From Octopus sinensis (Eukaryota): DNA of 64,000 nucleotides. Position numbers and translations under genes: made by a program. Location: contig NC_043003.1 in the NCBI RefSeq assembly GCF_006345805.1, forward strand, positions 114,948,001 to 115,012,000, read 5' to 3'. Within the stretch, counting starts at the first letter, position 1; each line of letters opens with the position of its first letter. Under the pieces are notes generated by a model. That model had not been told where the DNA came from. It did not search any database and was given only the letters and a program-made list of their open reading frames with translations. Positions 40,374-53,385 of this stretch are shown here, piece by piece.

Positions 40374-41081
40374 CAATATGAAATAAATATTATTAGTTGT
40401 ACAACTAACAATAAAGATGATGTGGTGTCATGCATCATAGAGCCACAGCAAAGTATCCAACGAACCAAACACAAAGAAATTATTTCATCTACAAGTTAAA
40501 AGCCATTTTAGAACGTTTAAGTGTAGACTGATTTTATAAAACTTATGGAAGCCTTAATGTTCAATTTTTTGTCAGTTAATAAAGGTGCAGTAGTAAACGG
40601 GAAAAAAAACGAATATTCTCAACAGCAGCTATTTGGAAGGACATTCATCAGAGAGAAATGGAAGAAACCAGGACAAAATTAACTTAGTACATTTCCTCAT
40701 ATTTGTCTCCGATCAAGTACGCAGTAACATCTAATTTAGAACAATTTTATGAGATGTTGAGATTGGGAAGATAACAGTAACGTGAACAATTTATTTTCCA
40801 GAAACTTCTATTGACCTTAGTTCAAGCATTGCTGAGAAGTAACCAAAAAGAAAAGAAATAACATTGTAATGGATTGCATTCAATAAAGCCACTTAAATCA
40901 ATCGGAAACAAGCAATGTAAATTTTTAAGATATAAGTTATTATATATGACGGAGCGCAACAGCATAAAGGTAAATACGAGACAAAATTGTTTGTAAAACG
41001 TCCAAGAGGTTTAATCATGTTTCAGGTTATATTTTACAAACCAAGCTTCAATAATATACCAAAGTGTCCCCGTCGAGTAAT

Positions 41082-41115
<34 letters not shown>

Positions 41116-41118
41116 TAA

Positions 41119-41160
<42 letters not shown>

Positions 41161-41376
41161 ACACATACACACACAGACACACACGCACTTAAACATTTTG
41201 CCAGACTTCATGATGCACTCACAATATTACTATCAGATGTACGTATTATATATCTATCTATGCGTTTATATGTGTATATATCTATATCTGTGAGTCTCGC
41301 CGTCTGTCTATCTATATCTATATATAATGTATATCGATTTCTCTGTCTCTCTTTCTCACTCTCCTTCTTTGTTCCT

Positions 41377-41443
<67 letters not shown>

Positions 41444-41578
41444 CATATACATATATATACACATATATATATATACATAAACATACATTCATATGCATAT
41501 ACATATATATGTGTGTATATATATATGTATGTAAATATATATGTGTATATGTATATATACATAGATGCACACAAACAC

Positions 41579-41611
<33 letters not shown>

Positions 41612-41656
41612 TACACACACACACCACACACACACACAACACACACACACATATAT

Positions 41657-41687
<31 letters not shown>

Positions 41688-41885
41688 GGTAGGCTTTGGT
41701 ATCCAGAAGACCCAAACATGACAGGTAAGGCGATGTAAGTGCAGCGGAGGGACCATAGTTAGACTTCCGTTTCAATAACAGTTTGATTAAGGAGTCCTAT
41801 GTGAGCATGTATATGTTGAATACATAAAATGAGTCAACAAAGCCTAGGCGATCTGAAATTTCTAGGACGTTTACGAAGATAAAAG

Positions 41886-41937
41886 TAGTCTTACAGCTGT
41901 TTCAGGGATATAAAAGGTATCCTTTCATCAGAGACTA
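41886..41937 (-). ncRNA. Type I hammerhead ribozyme, canonical core
   Basis: TAGTCT CTGATGA AAGGATA-CCTTTTA-TATCCCT GAAAC-AGCT-GTA AGACTA; perfect 6-bp stem I; stem II pairs 6 of 7; GUA triplet. Confidence 0.85.
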
Positions 41938-42168
41938 TATGAGAAAATTAAGTAGAGGGAAATAGAAGAGATCAATAAAAGAAGTTATTATGGAAATGGA
42001 GAGATATAGGAAGTATTAAGGAAAATAAGAGAATAAAAATAAAAATAAAAATAAACATATATTTCTAATTCTATTTGTTTATTTCCTTAATTCTTCTTAT
42101 ATTTCTCCCTTTCCATAATAACTTCTTTTATTGAACTCTACTATTTTCCTCTATTTAATTCTCTCATA

Positions 42169-42220
42169 TAGTCTGTGATGAAGGGATATCCTTCGTATCC
42201 CTGAAACAGCTATAAGGCCA
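42169..42220 (+). ncRNA. Type I hammerhead, degenerate sister copy
   Basis: TAGTCT GTGATGA AGGGATA-TCCTTCG-TATCCCT GAAAC-AGCT-ATA AGGCCA; perfect 7-bp stem II; C3G and G16.2A changes. Confidence 0.65.
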
Positions 42221-42359
42221 CCTTTATCTTTGTAAATGTCCTAGAAATTTCGCACCAACTTGATTTGTTGACTCATTTTATTTATTTAACACACAAACAC
42301 ACGCATACACAAACACACACACACAGAAATACACACACACACACACACACAAACACACT

Positions 42360-42417
<58 letters not shown>

Positions 42418-42469
42418 GGAGTTGTGGGGTACATATATATACAGGTTGTAGGGTGTATATATATATATA

Positions 42470-42622
42470 CAGGTTTCTTACAGTTTCTGCCTACCAAATC
42501 GACTCAAAAGGGTTTGATCACCCCGTAGCAGAAGACAGTTGCCCAAGGTGCCACGCAGTGGGACTGAACGCAGAACCATGTGGTTGGTAAGCAAGGTACT
42601 TACCACACAGCCACTCCTGCGC
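42470..42622 (-). mobile_element. SINE family A, 5' part
   Basis: Reverse complement of the head, GGCGCAGGAGTGGCTGTGTGG. Confidence 0.88.
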
Positions 42623-42715
42623 CAAAACACACACACACACACACACGCACATATATATATATATATTATATATATGTATACATGTGTGTGTGTGTGATGT
42701 GTGTGTGTGTGTGTG

Positions 42716-42920
42716 TGTGGAGGCACAATGCCCCAGGGGTTAGGGCAGCGGACTCGCGGTTGTAGGATCGCGGTTTCGATTCCCAGACCGGGCATTGCGA
42801 GTGTTTATTGAACGAAAACACCTAAAGCTTCACGCGACTCCGGCGGGTGGTGGTGGCGATCCCAGCTGTACTCTTTCGCCACAAGTTTCTTTCACTCTTT
42901 CTTCTGTTGGCCTGCGGGTG
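42716..42920 (+). mobile_element. SINE family C, 3'-truncated next to the LINE tail
   Basis: Homology to 7052-7250. Confidence 0.85.
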
Positions 42921-42937
42921 GCTAAGGCTAAAACAAT

Positions 42938-45550
42938 GTTTCAGTCATGCAGCTGCGGTCATGATGGAGCACGACAGTGTTCTTTCTGATTTCCTCAGTG
43001 TGGGGTGTTTCACGTCACCACTCCTATATGTGTCTTTGTCCCATCTGTTGGCCCATTTGGTGTATAAGAGTGTTTGATTTCGCTGCCCACATTTGCACCT
43101 CATGTTTAGGCTTCATCTGCTATTATGCAGATGAGGTTCTCTAGCCCCTTTTTGAAGACATCTACTTCCACCTTATGAACTTGAAAAAAAATTTGTAGCA
43201 TGGCATTGAACAGCTGTGGGCCTTTAAACAAACCCTAAACTATTGCAGTACTTGGTCCTGAATCTATATAGAGTGAATGGTACCTTTGGTACTATACAAT
43301 GGCGGTCAGTTCTGGCAGTTGCATATCACTCAATGCCGAAGTTTGGTACTAGCACTTATAGAGTTTTCCATATGAAGATTATTGCATATCTCTCGCGCCT
43401 TCGCTCCAGGGAGTAAAGTTGCAGTTTTTTCAGCCCGTTCCTGTAGCTCAGACGCTGTACTGCTTCAATCTTTCTAGTGGAGTGGCGTTGGACTGCTTCA
43501 CGCTCCGCCATTAATTAGGTGCTATGTGGTGAACATAACCTATAACTGGGAGCAGTAGTCCAGGCGGAGTAGAACAAAGGTTCTCCACAGTGTCAACATA
43601 GGTTTTGGTCTTTTGTCTTGGAGGACCTCATTATCCATCATGCCATTTGTATACACTTTGTTACCATCTTGGTATTGTGTATATAAAATGATGCGTCATT
43701 GCACTTGCTGTTTTCCAAGTCTTTTACTGCCTGTGACTCTGAGATTTATTGTATTTGGGTCTTGTATGTGCAACTGTAGTGAATTGGTGAGTTAATAGTT
43801 CAGTGCTTGAAATTTTCCAGCATTAATCTGCATGCTGTTTATTTCGGTCCATTTGTAAGCGTCCCGTTGTAAGGTCCCGAATTCAGGTCCCGTTGTAAGC
43901 GTGCGACGTCATCTTGATTTTTTGGCTGCCTGTGATAATTTTGTATCATCGGCGTAGCTAGTGACAGAGGTTGTCCTAGTGGCCGTGGACATGCCTTAGA
44001 GGGCTATTATGAACAGTAACGGCCCCAGAACAGATCCCTGGGGTACGCCACTTAGAATTTGAGTTTCCTTAGAAAGGGCACCATTGCCTGCAGCTACTTG
44101 AGTTTTATCTTTAATGAAATCATTCAACCACTCTCTAAATTTACCAGCGATGCTAAGGTCTCGTACCTTATGACATATCATACCATTATGTACCTCATCA
44201 AATGTCTTTGCAAAATCACGTTGACATCTGAATTGTCGCGCAGCTGTTTCTAACCTAGTCATAGTGCTGTAGGAATTGTGTGAGGCAGGTTCTTCCTGAA
44301 CGGAAGCAATGCTGTATATTGTTCAGTATGTCATTTTCTGATAAGAATATTATCAATGTTTTCTGATAATTCGCTCAATGACAGTACTGATATGTGAAGC
44401 CAGAGAGATTGGTCTGTAGCTTTTGGCCTCTGCTCTTCTTCCACCTTCGTGAATATGGCATACAATGCATTCTTTCAGCTTTTTAGAAAGTTTACCAATT
44501 GCAAGGAAACTTTGGAAAAGCATCAGAAGTGGTTTCGCCAAAGCTTGCTTACACAACTTCAGGAGAATAGCTGGAAAGCCCTCAGGGCCAGTTGCGGAAC
44601 ATGAGTTCATTTCATCTATGGCCGCTGTGTCTCCTCAATGTCGATGCAATCGATGGCTGCTGCCTTCTTTTTAGAGTTGCAATATTAAAGAATTCAGCCG
44701 GATATTTTATCTGAATGTGTCGAACGGGGAAAGTGAAGTTGCTTTTAAATTGATTACTGAGTATCTCATATATCTTTCCTGAGTTCGGGGTCAGTGTGTC
44801 ATACCCTTGGAACAATGGTCCTATTTTATATTGTATTGCGACTGTTTCCTTTGCGAATTTATAGAAATCTTTGGAATTTGTTTTTATGCTTTCCATAGCT
44901 CTCTGTTCTTTCCCTTTCGTGAGTGAGTTTTGATTTTGTTTTCGATTTCAAAGAGGGTCCGTATTAAGATAGAGTTCTCCCTATCCTTCAGTTACCTATT
45001 CAGCCGCTTTGAGACCTGTGAGCTGAGTCTCATGAGGATTTTGTTTGTCAGTATGCTGGCCTTTTTTCTGGGGGTCTATTTACTGCATATAGCTTGCACT
45101 GTTGAGATAAAATGGCTGAGTTTCAACTCAATGTCTTGCATACCTAGATTGTTGGACCAGTTTCGTTTGGGGATCTATTTGCGGATTGATTCCCATTTTG
45201 CTTTTCAAGTTAGAGAAGGTTTGAGTCCTACTGACAGGGCAGATACCAGCAGCATGTTCAGAACCATACTCTGTTAGTTCAAAAATGTTGTGATCTGAAA
45301 GTGCAATTAGTGTGACATTCACATTATGAATAAGGTCCACATTATTTGTGAAGTTGAGATCGAATATAATGTTTCCCCTGGTAGGCCTGAGCATCACTCG
45401 CAACATGAACAGCATATTCGAAAGTTCAAATAAGGAAACTACACGCTTCTGTTCATGCAGGGGAATCCCAGCATTTTTCGATGGCCGGATGACTGAAGAG
45501 ATGGCGGCTTGGATTTCTACCTCGGCATCCGAAACTCGGAGTTTTATCAT
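42938..45550 (-). mobile_element. Degenerate CR1/L2-group LINE ORF2 (APE endonuclease end plus RT) with 3' UTR
   Basis: PTRGNIIFDLNFTNN..SDHN (APE), SYRPISL, DFAKTFDEV, SGVPQGSVLGPLLFI, YADDTK; many stops and frameshifts. Confidence 0.9.
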
Positions 45551-45652
45551 GGCTACCGAATAATTGACACATATTATATTTACAGATATAAATTCCTTTA
45601 TTTACATAATATCGAGGTCTCTTTCATTCTTTTGTTGTCTTACCATTTTTAT

Positions 45653-45696
<44 letters not shown>

Positions 45697-45941
45697 ATTT
45701 GAATCCAGCTCGCACGTGTGTTTTCAGGACGTATTAAACTACATTATTATTCATTGTTTTAGCGATCCCACTGATCAATACGGATAACAACTTAACTTAT
45801 TTTCTCATTAATAGGGAAACTCGCGCATGAGGTTAACTAAAAATAATAATTTCTTTCATTCTAGTGCTTTCCCGGCGTGTCTTTTCATGGCTTGGGTTTA
45901 ACTGCATTGTAAATGCATATTCATTGAGATTATAAACATTC

Positions 45942-46357
45942 CTTTACTCCTTTACTCCGTTATTTGTTTCAGTCATTTGACTGCGGTCATGCTGGAGCAC
46001 CGCCTTTAGTCGAGCAAATCGACCCCGGGACTTATTCTTTGTAAGCCCAGTACTTATTCTATCGGTCTCTTTTGCCGAACCTCTAGGTGACGGGGACGTA
46101 AATACACCAGCATCGGTTGTCAAGCAATGCTAGAGGGACAAACACAGACACACAAACATACATACACATACATATATGTATATATATATATATACAGTGG
46201 GCTTCTTTCAGTTTCCGCCTACAAAATCCACTCACAAGGCTTTGGTCGGCCTGAGGCTATAGCAGAAGACAAGTGCCCAAGATGCCACACAGTGGGACTG
46301 GACCCGGAACCATGTGGTTGGTAAGCAAGCTACTTACCACACAGTCACTCCTGCGCC
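45942..46357 (-). mobile_element. SINE family A, full length
   Basis: Head-to-tail homology. Confidence 0.92.
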
Positions 46358-47547
46358 CATGATTGTTTATAATTTCGCAACTCATTGTATGAATAAATAT
46401 ATTCTAGAAGAATACTTCGTCATGTTTAATAGTTTGTTGTAGGGTTAAGAAATCGCAGACATATTACAACTATACGTACATTTGTTTTCATACACATACA
46501 AATAAACACATTATTCCTTTACATTTTAGGTACATTATATAAATATATAATTCTAATTAATGGATATCTTTCTTAAAATATTCCGACTTGCACAGAGGTG
46601 TTGACTTGTTATAGTGTCCGTAAGCCAACGGCTCGGTGTAAGAAAATGATGACATACCAGCCTTAGAATACGGTCCTGGATTGTTTTGATCGACCAGTCA
46701 TACAAGATGGTTCGTCTTCATGAGATCAATGCAATGTCCGAAACAAGAACGTGAAGAATAAGTGATTAAATATTCTCTATTATGAGGTAGACGAGCGATG
46801 AAATTAAATGTCTGTTTGCAACTTCTCATGGCCCAGAAGTCACTATCGCTATACGAGAACGTCCTTGCCTCCAATAATCCTAAAGATATGACTTGTGCGT
46901 AAATATTCCGTAACAATTAAATCAATCATGTGATTATTTTTGGAAAACGTATAGAGATATTATTGAAAATCATTGAATTATTTCATTCTTTCGGACATTT
47001 TCTAGTGTTGCGACACGAAGTTCCTTCCCAGATGTTAGTTGAAATGTATAAGAGTACATTAGAAGGAGCGCACTCACTCACAATTGCACAGAGGCATTCG
47101 TATTGCAAATCTTTCTATGTATATCGTTGTAAATGTGCATCTTTAATAAGGTCCATTAAAAGCAATTACAGCCACATGAGACATCTTGTTAGGAAATAAA
47201 TTTATATGAAATTTTATAGAATTCGCAATATATAAATAACATTAATCTAATATAAATATTTCATTGAAATTAATTAAATATGGATATAAAATAAATGATA
47301 TCCACCCACAAAGAAACACCCCCTAACATGCCCACATATATGAACTTGAATGTTTTAATGTATATACATCATACATATGTATATATACATATATGTGTGT
47401 GTAGATACACTCATATATGCATATGAGTATGTTGTCTATAAAATTTATATCATCATTTTTATTTCATGACTGGCTTTTGTAAGCTCATTGTTACAATCAT
47501 AATGAATGCAAGCAAAGTATTCAATTGTGTATAATCAATATTAGTAG

Positions 47548-48115
47548 TCGTTCGGCAGAATTGTTAGTACGCCGGGCGAAATAATTAGCTGTATTTCGTC
47601 TGTAGTTACGTTCTGAGTTCAAATTCCACCGAGGTCGATTAAATAAGTCGATTAAATAAGGGGTCGATTAAATAAGTACCAGTTACGCACTGGGGTCGAT
47701 ATAACCAACTTAATCAGTTTGTCTGTCCTTGTTTGTCCCCTCTGTGTTTAACCCCTTGTGGGTAGTAAAGAAATAGGTATTTCGTCTGTCTTTATGTTCT
47801 AAGTTCAAATTCTGCCGAGGTCAACTTTGCCTTTCATCATTTTGGGCTCGATAAATTAAGTACCAGTCGCGTACTGGGATTGATCTAATCGACTGCCCAA
47901 CTTCCCCAAAATTTCGTGCCTTGTGTCTAGAGTAGCAAAGAATCGTTAGAGCTCCTGGCAAAAAGACTGGGGCACTTTGATTGTATTTGCGTCCTCTGCC
48001 TGCCATCCTTTCAGGAGCGATAAAATAAGTACCGTTTGAACACTGGGGGGTTGATGTAACCAACTTCTTCCCTTCCCCAAATTACTGGTCTTGTGCCAAA
48101 ATTGTAAACCAATAT
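47548..48115 (+). mobile_element. SINE family B, multi-unit and degenerate
   Basis: Tandem units; internal slippage repeat GTCGATTAAATAAG x3. Confidence 0.85.
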
Positions 48116-48235
48116 TAATATTCTTCATGCAAAACTGATACGTGCATGTAACAAATGGCCGTCGCGATTTTCGAATGACTCAGGCATTTACATACATACC
48201 AGCTTACATATATACATTCTTGAATATTGGGATAT

Positions 48236-48362
48236 CACCGGTCTGAGATTCGAACCCGCGATCCCTCGACCGCGAGTACGCTACTCTAACCACTAGGCCA
48301 TGTACCTCCACACTAGAAAAGGGTAGTACAGTACGATTGTGAATTTCCCTTCAGCAAAATTT
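48236..48362 (-). repeat. Inverted duplicate of the SINE C head plus its upstream flank
   Basis: Reverse complement of 48605-48735. Confidence 0.85.
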
Positions 48363-48655
48363 ATGATATTTCGTTTTTGAATTTGGTTTGTAAGATTCTT
48401 TATATGAATTCGTGTGTTGAAACATATTTTGTTGTGTCTGATGAGAGTCATTCTCTTTTAGTGCCTTAATAAATAACAAAGGCACAAAAATAGTATGACT
48501 CCCCGCCCCCAGACACAACAAAAATACACACTCATATATAAATGTTTACATACACACAGTCCTTACATATACACATATGTATTAGAAGTTTGGTGAGTCA
48601 GTGGAAATTTTGCTGAAGGGAAATTCACAATCGTACTGCGCTACCCTTTTCTAGT

Positions 48656-48962
48656 TTGGAGGCACATGACCTAGTGGTTAGAGCAGCGGACTCGCGGTCG
48701 AGGGATCGCAGGTTCGAATCTCAGACACCGGTGATGTGTGTGTTTATGAGCGAAAACACCTAAGATCCACACGGCTCCGGCAGAAGGTAATGGCGAACTT
48801 CTGCTGACTCTTTCGCCATAACTTTCTCTCGCACTTTCCTCCTGCATCTTGCAGCTCACCTGCAGCGGACCGGCGTCCCGTCCAGGTGGGGAAACTATAC
48901 GCCAAGGAAACCGGGAAGCCGGCTCTTATGAGCCAGGCATGGCTCGTGAAGGAACAAACGAT
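48656..48962 (+). mobile_element. SINE family C variant with a different 3' half and an 11-bp TSD
   Basis: TSD CCTTTTCTAGT at 48645-48655 and 48963-48973; tRNA-like head with GGTTCGAATCTC. Confidence 0.88.
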
Positions 48963-49246
48963 CCTTTTCTAGTAAATGATTGAGCGACAATTATACATCG
49001 CATATTATCACACACTTAATTATTAATTTGGATTGACAGTTTTTAGTTGCGGTTTACAACTGGGTAAATGGCTCTCAGCCTTAAATGTAAAATGCATGGA
49101 AGTGTTTCTTTAACTTTCTTGACGTTGAATATTTGTATCTCTGTCTGATGTACAACTTTCACATCTATGAGTTTTATTTGAAGTCTTCATCAGTGTGAAG
49201 AAGGAACAACCTTACCCTCAGCTTTCAGACAGGATTTCTATCTTAG

Positions 49247-49319
49247 ATGGAGTTTATTCCACCAAAGGGACCTTTTTATGAAACGGGGGCTTTAGGTGTT
49301 TCACTGAAACTCGTGGATG
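49247..49319 (+). CDS. Candidate exon (73 bp, phase 0 to 1), product unknown
   Basis: tttctatcttag acceptor, G/gtaact donor; MEFIPPKGPFYETGALGVSLKLVD(G). Confidence 0.25.
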
Positions 49320-49536
49320 GTAACTCAGCGTCGATATTTTGAATGTATTGACGTCCATTCGTGAAGCTAAATGTCATTCTGACTCGTCTTCGTAAAGAAT
49401 ACTTTGAAACCACAAGTAAATGTTAATTTAACAAATCTGGAAATATTTAAAACTGTAAAAGCAAATTTTAGAAGACACTATGTAATATTGTTAGGCATCC
49501 ATGCAAAACGAAGGAGATTTAATATTTCTTACGTGA

Positions 49537-50137
49537 AAGGCAGCGAGCTGGCAGAAACGTTAGCACGCCGGGCGAAATGCTTAGCGGCATTTTGCCTGCC
49601 GTTACGTTCTGAGTTCAAATTCCGCCGCGGTCGACTTCGCCTTTCATCCTTTCGGGGGTCGAGAAATATAGTACCAGATACGCACAGGGATCGATATAAT
49701 CGACTTAATCCGTTTGTCTATCCTTGACTGTCTTCTCTGTGCTTAGCCCCTTGTGGGCTGTAAAGAAATAGAAATAGGTATTTCGTCTGCCGTTATGTTC
49801 TGAGTTCAAATTCCACCGAGGTCGACTTTCCCTTTCATCCTTTCGGGGTCGGTTAAATAAGTACCAGTTACGCACTGCGGTCAATGTAATCGACTTAATC
49901 CGTTTGTCTGTCCTTGTTTGTCCCCTCTGTGTTTAGCCCCTTGTGGGTAGTAAAGAAATAGGTATTTCGTCAGTGTTTACGTTCTAAGTTCATATTCTGC
50001 CGAGGTCAGCTTTGCTGTTCATCCTTTCGGGGTCGATAAATTAAGTACGAGCTGCGTACTGGGGTGGATCTAATCGGCTGGCCCCCTCAAAAAAAAAAAA
50101 AAAAAACTTTCGGGCATTGTGTCTACCGTAGAAAAGA
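49537..50137 (+). mobile_element. SINE family B, three tandem units
   Basis: Same architecture as 37388-37932. Confidence 0.9.
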
Positions 50138-51493
50138 ATGTTTCTTTCGTTATGCACGTGCGGTTGACTTTTCCAGAAGAATAATATTTTTTAAAGAATA
50201 TATTTGTAAATTGTTCGGGAAATTAATTTTCAATATCCATGCAGTGTATTTTGAAAACTGAGAGTATCGCTTCAGGGCATTACACAGACACTTTCTATAT
50301 TTGATGGAAGTGCGGAAAATATACATATAAGCTCTTGTTAACAAAGTTGCCAAACCTCGTTTACCGCTGCTCAAGAGTTAAGAATCGAACTCTCTTGTAA
50401 CTCAGTCCAAATATCAGCTTATCTCTCACCTAATTTTCATACACTCCGAAACCCTTCCCGTCAGCGCATTTATCGTTATATTAGTAAATTACTTCACAGA
50501 ATATACACTCTCGGATAATCCGTTGGAGCTAAGGTTTTATTCTCTGTTGACATTGAGGTTGAGGTCGTCAAACATAACCTCTTAATAACCTATCTTTAGT
50601 CTCTTCGTATAAATATTAATATCATGGCTGAAGTGAGAGTTGCTGTTCTGAAATTTTTGTCCATCTGATAAAGTTTAGATTTGCACATTATGTTAATATT
50701 ATCTCCGCAAATTCAATACATAGCATAATTATGTTACAAAACTATATAAAACTCTGTGAAATATATATATATTATAAACAGATTTATTAAAAATATTGTA
50801 GGTGTTAGAGAAGTGTCTTGTGTATACCAAATAAACAAAAGCTTAATATTATTCTAGTTTTTTACATTATCTAGATATTGTAAGTTTACTATCTCTTTAG
50901 TAGTGAAATTAATACCTGATTGTGCTTTCTTTCTATCTCGTCTGGCGCTTTTCCCAGAAATTCTGCTCTTCTGATGTTTTGGATTTTCTTACAATTGATA
51001 CCGAAAGACAAAAAGGAAAATATAGAAAAGGGAAACAAAAAATGAAAGTCGGAAAAAGTGAGATAAACGAGATAAAAAGAGGATCGATTCGTAAGTAGAT
51101 ATATGTCAAAAGAAAAGCAACACAAATGACGACATGTGGTATCAATGGATGAAAGTATTAAAATGAGAAATGTGAAACTAGGTACAGAATGCATAGAGGA
51201 TTACAAAGATGTAGAAGAGAAAGAGAGAGAGACAGGGTCAGAGTGAGTTAGAGAGAAAGATTGGGTGAGTGTGTGAGTGAAGGATGTAACTAAAATGTAC
51301 AAATACTACTCTACACGAACGTATAGAGCAGTTCGTATCGCTGTTCATAAGAAAAGTCAAGAAGTGAGGGAGAAACAAAGATGTTGAATGTAAATAGTGA
51401 GAAATACTGAAAACAGAAAGATGAGAAACCAGTGAAAATAGTTTTTATATATTCAGATCCTGACATTGAAATTCTTATAAGATATTCACAATA

Positions 51494-51897
51494 GGCGCAG
51501 GAGTGGCTGTGTGGTAAGTAGCTTGTTTACCAACCACATGGTTCCGGGTTCAGTCCCACTGCGTGGCACCTTGGGCAAGTGTCTTCTGCTATAGCCCCGG
51601 GCAGACCAATGCCTTGTGAGTGGATTTGGTAGACGGAAACTGAAAGAAGCCCGTCGTATATATGTATATATATATATGTATGTGTTTGTGTGTCTGTGTT
51701 TGTCCTCCTAGCATTGCTTGACAACCGATGCTGGTGTGTTTATGTCCCCGTTACTTAGCGGTTCGGCAAAAGAGACCGATAGAATAAGTACTGGGCTTAC
51801 AAAAGAATAAGTCCCGGGCGAGTTGCTCGATTAAAGGCGGTGCTCCAGCATGGCCGCAGTCAAATGACTGAAACAAGTAAAAGAGTAAAAAGAGTAA
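51494..51897 (+). mobile_element. SINE family A, full length
   Basis: Head-to-tail homology; tail ends (AAAAGAGT)n. Confidence 0.92.
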
Positions 51898-52484
51898 TAG
51901 TAGAAAAAGTAGAGGAAGAACGAACCATTCATTAATGTTAATCGATGTGCGTGTCGTCACATTTTGAAATTTCAGGTTTAATAGACGTTTATGGATGTCG
52001 TTAGTGCATTTCTCATGATCCTCGTATTCAGAGACGTAATGATGAAGGAGATTGTGAAGTTGATAATTAATACCTTGCCTTTCTGAGATGGGTAAATGAT
52101 GGCTCTGTTACTTTCGACGACGAACATTCCATCTTCCATCAATTCGGTTAAATCACTTACGTGATTCTTTGCCTTCAACTTTTACATTTAATTTAAGGTT
52201 TATATAATGAATGAAACCGACCAACTTCACCAGACATGAGCTGCTTGCAACGACTCATAGACTCGGTGTACGAGGGGATCTTTCCTGTGTTTACTTCAGG
52301 ATTATTTAATATGAGCATTAGTTCACGGGATTTCTTTGATCTGACATTATACGAGATTTATATATATTCAGATGAATGAAACAGTTCTAGTCCTGTAGAA
52401 GCTCCTTCTATGAAATAAATTACATTCCTCTGCTATGTATTGAGTACCTTATTTACTGTGGTTAACCCCGACTCAACCGGGACC

Positions 52485-52549
<65 letters not shown>

Positions 52550-52589
52550 CCAACGTGTACGTACGCCGCTATATGTTTATAAAAAATGA

Positions 52590-52808
52590 AGACAAAAAAT
52601 GGGACAAGAACTCAAAACATACAGACAGTATGGGGCAAGAAAACCAAGGACGTGTCATTCGGAGTTCTCTTTTGTCTAGCCGAAACTGCAAAGATAATCT
52701 GGAACTCGACTGACAATAGAAAGTCCGTATGACCCGTCCCTGTTTTTTCTTGTCCCTTTTTGTTTCATCTGTCTGGATGTTTTCCGTTCTTGTCCCGTTT
52801 TTCTTACG

Positions 52809-52810
<2 letters not shown>
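52590..52810. mobile_element. Fold-back element flanked by microsatellites
   Basis: AAAAAATGGGACAAGAAC...CAGACAG versus CTGTCTG...GTTCTTGTCCCGTTTTTT. Confidence 0.65.
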
Positions 52811-52844
<34 letters not shown>

Positions 52845-53254
52845 GCTGATATGTAATTCTAAGTAAATCCATATGTGCCCGTGTGCGTGTGTGCAACTGT
52901 GTATGCACATAGATATGTATGACCGCAGGTACACAAAAACACACGTATACATGCACATCCGCACACACGCACAGTTGCACACGGACATGTGTGTGTATGT
53001 ATATGAGTATTTGTGTATGTTTGTACGTATACAGGCAGAGCAGAGCAGTCTGATGCTTGGAAAACCAAGGTTACCATTCAATTATATTTACTGTTATTCC
53101 TTAATGAATACAAGTTTATTGCATTCCTTCTACATCGTCGATTATTACTTTTTGGTATGCCGCCTGATATCAAGTAACAGTATAATATCACATATATATA
53201 TATATATATAAGTGTATATGTATATATATATATATGCGTGTATATATATATTTG

Positions 53255-53292
<38 letters not shown>

Positions 53293-53336
53293 TGTATATG
53301 TATATATATATATATATGCGTGTATATATATATTTG

Positions 53337-53385
<49 letters not shown>

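Larger units (their letters stand above)
41818..42290. mobile_element. Hammerhead-bearing element as a divergent inverted pair (about 210-bp arms)
   Basis: About 41818-42030 is reverse-complementary to about 42078-42290; each arm carries a hammerhead. Confidence 0.82.

Noticed and set aside
46698-46916. Minus-strand exon or IIGG serine-protease start
   Set aside because: The IIGG frame stops after nine codons; the open frame has no recognisable similarity and no partner exons.
48444-48470. CTGATGAGAGTCATTCTC as a hammerhead
   Set aside because: No GAAA follows stem II; other family D copies read GGGGAGAGTC here, so this is a chance variant.
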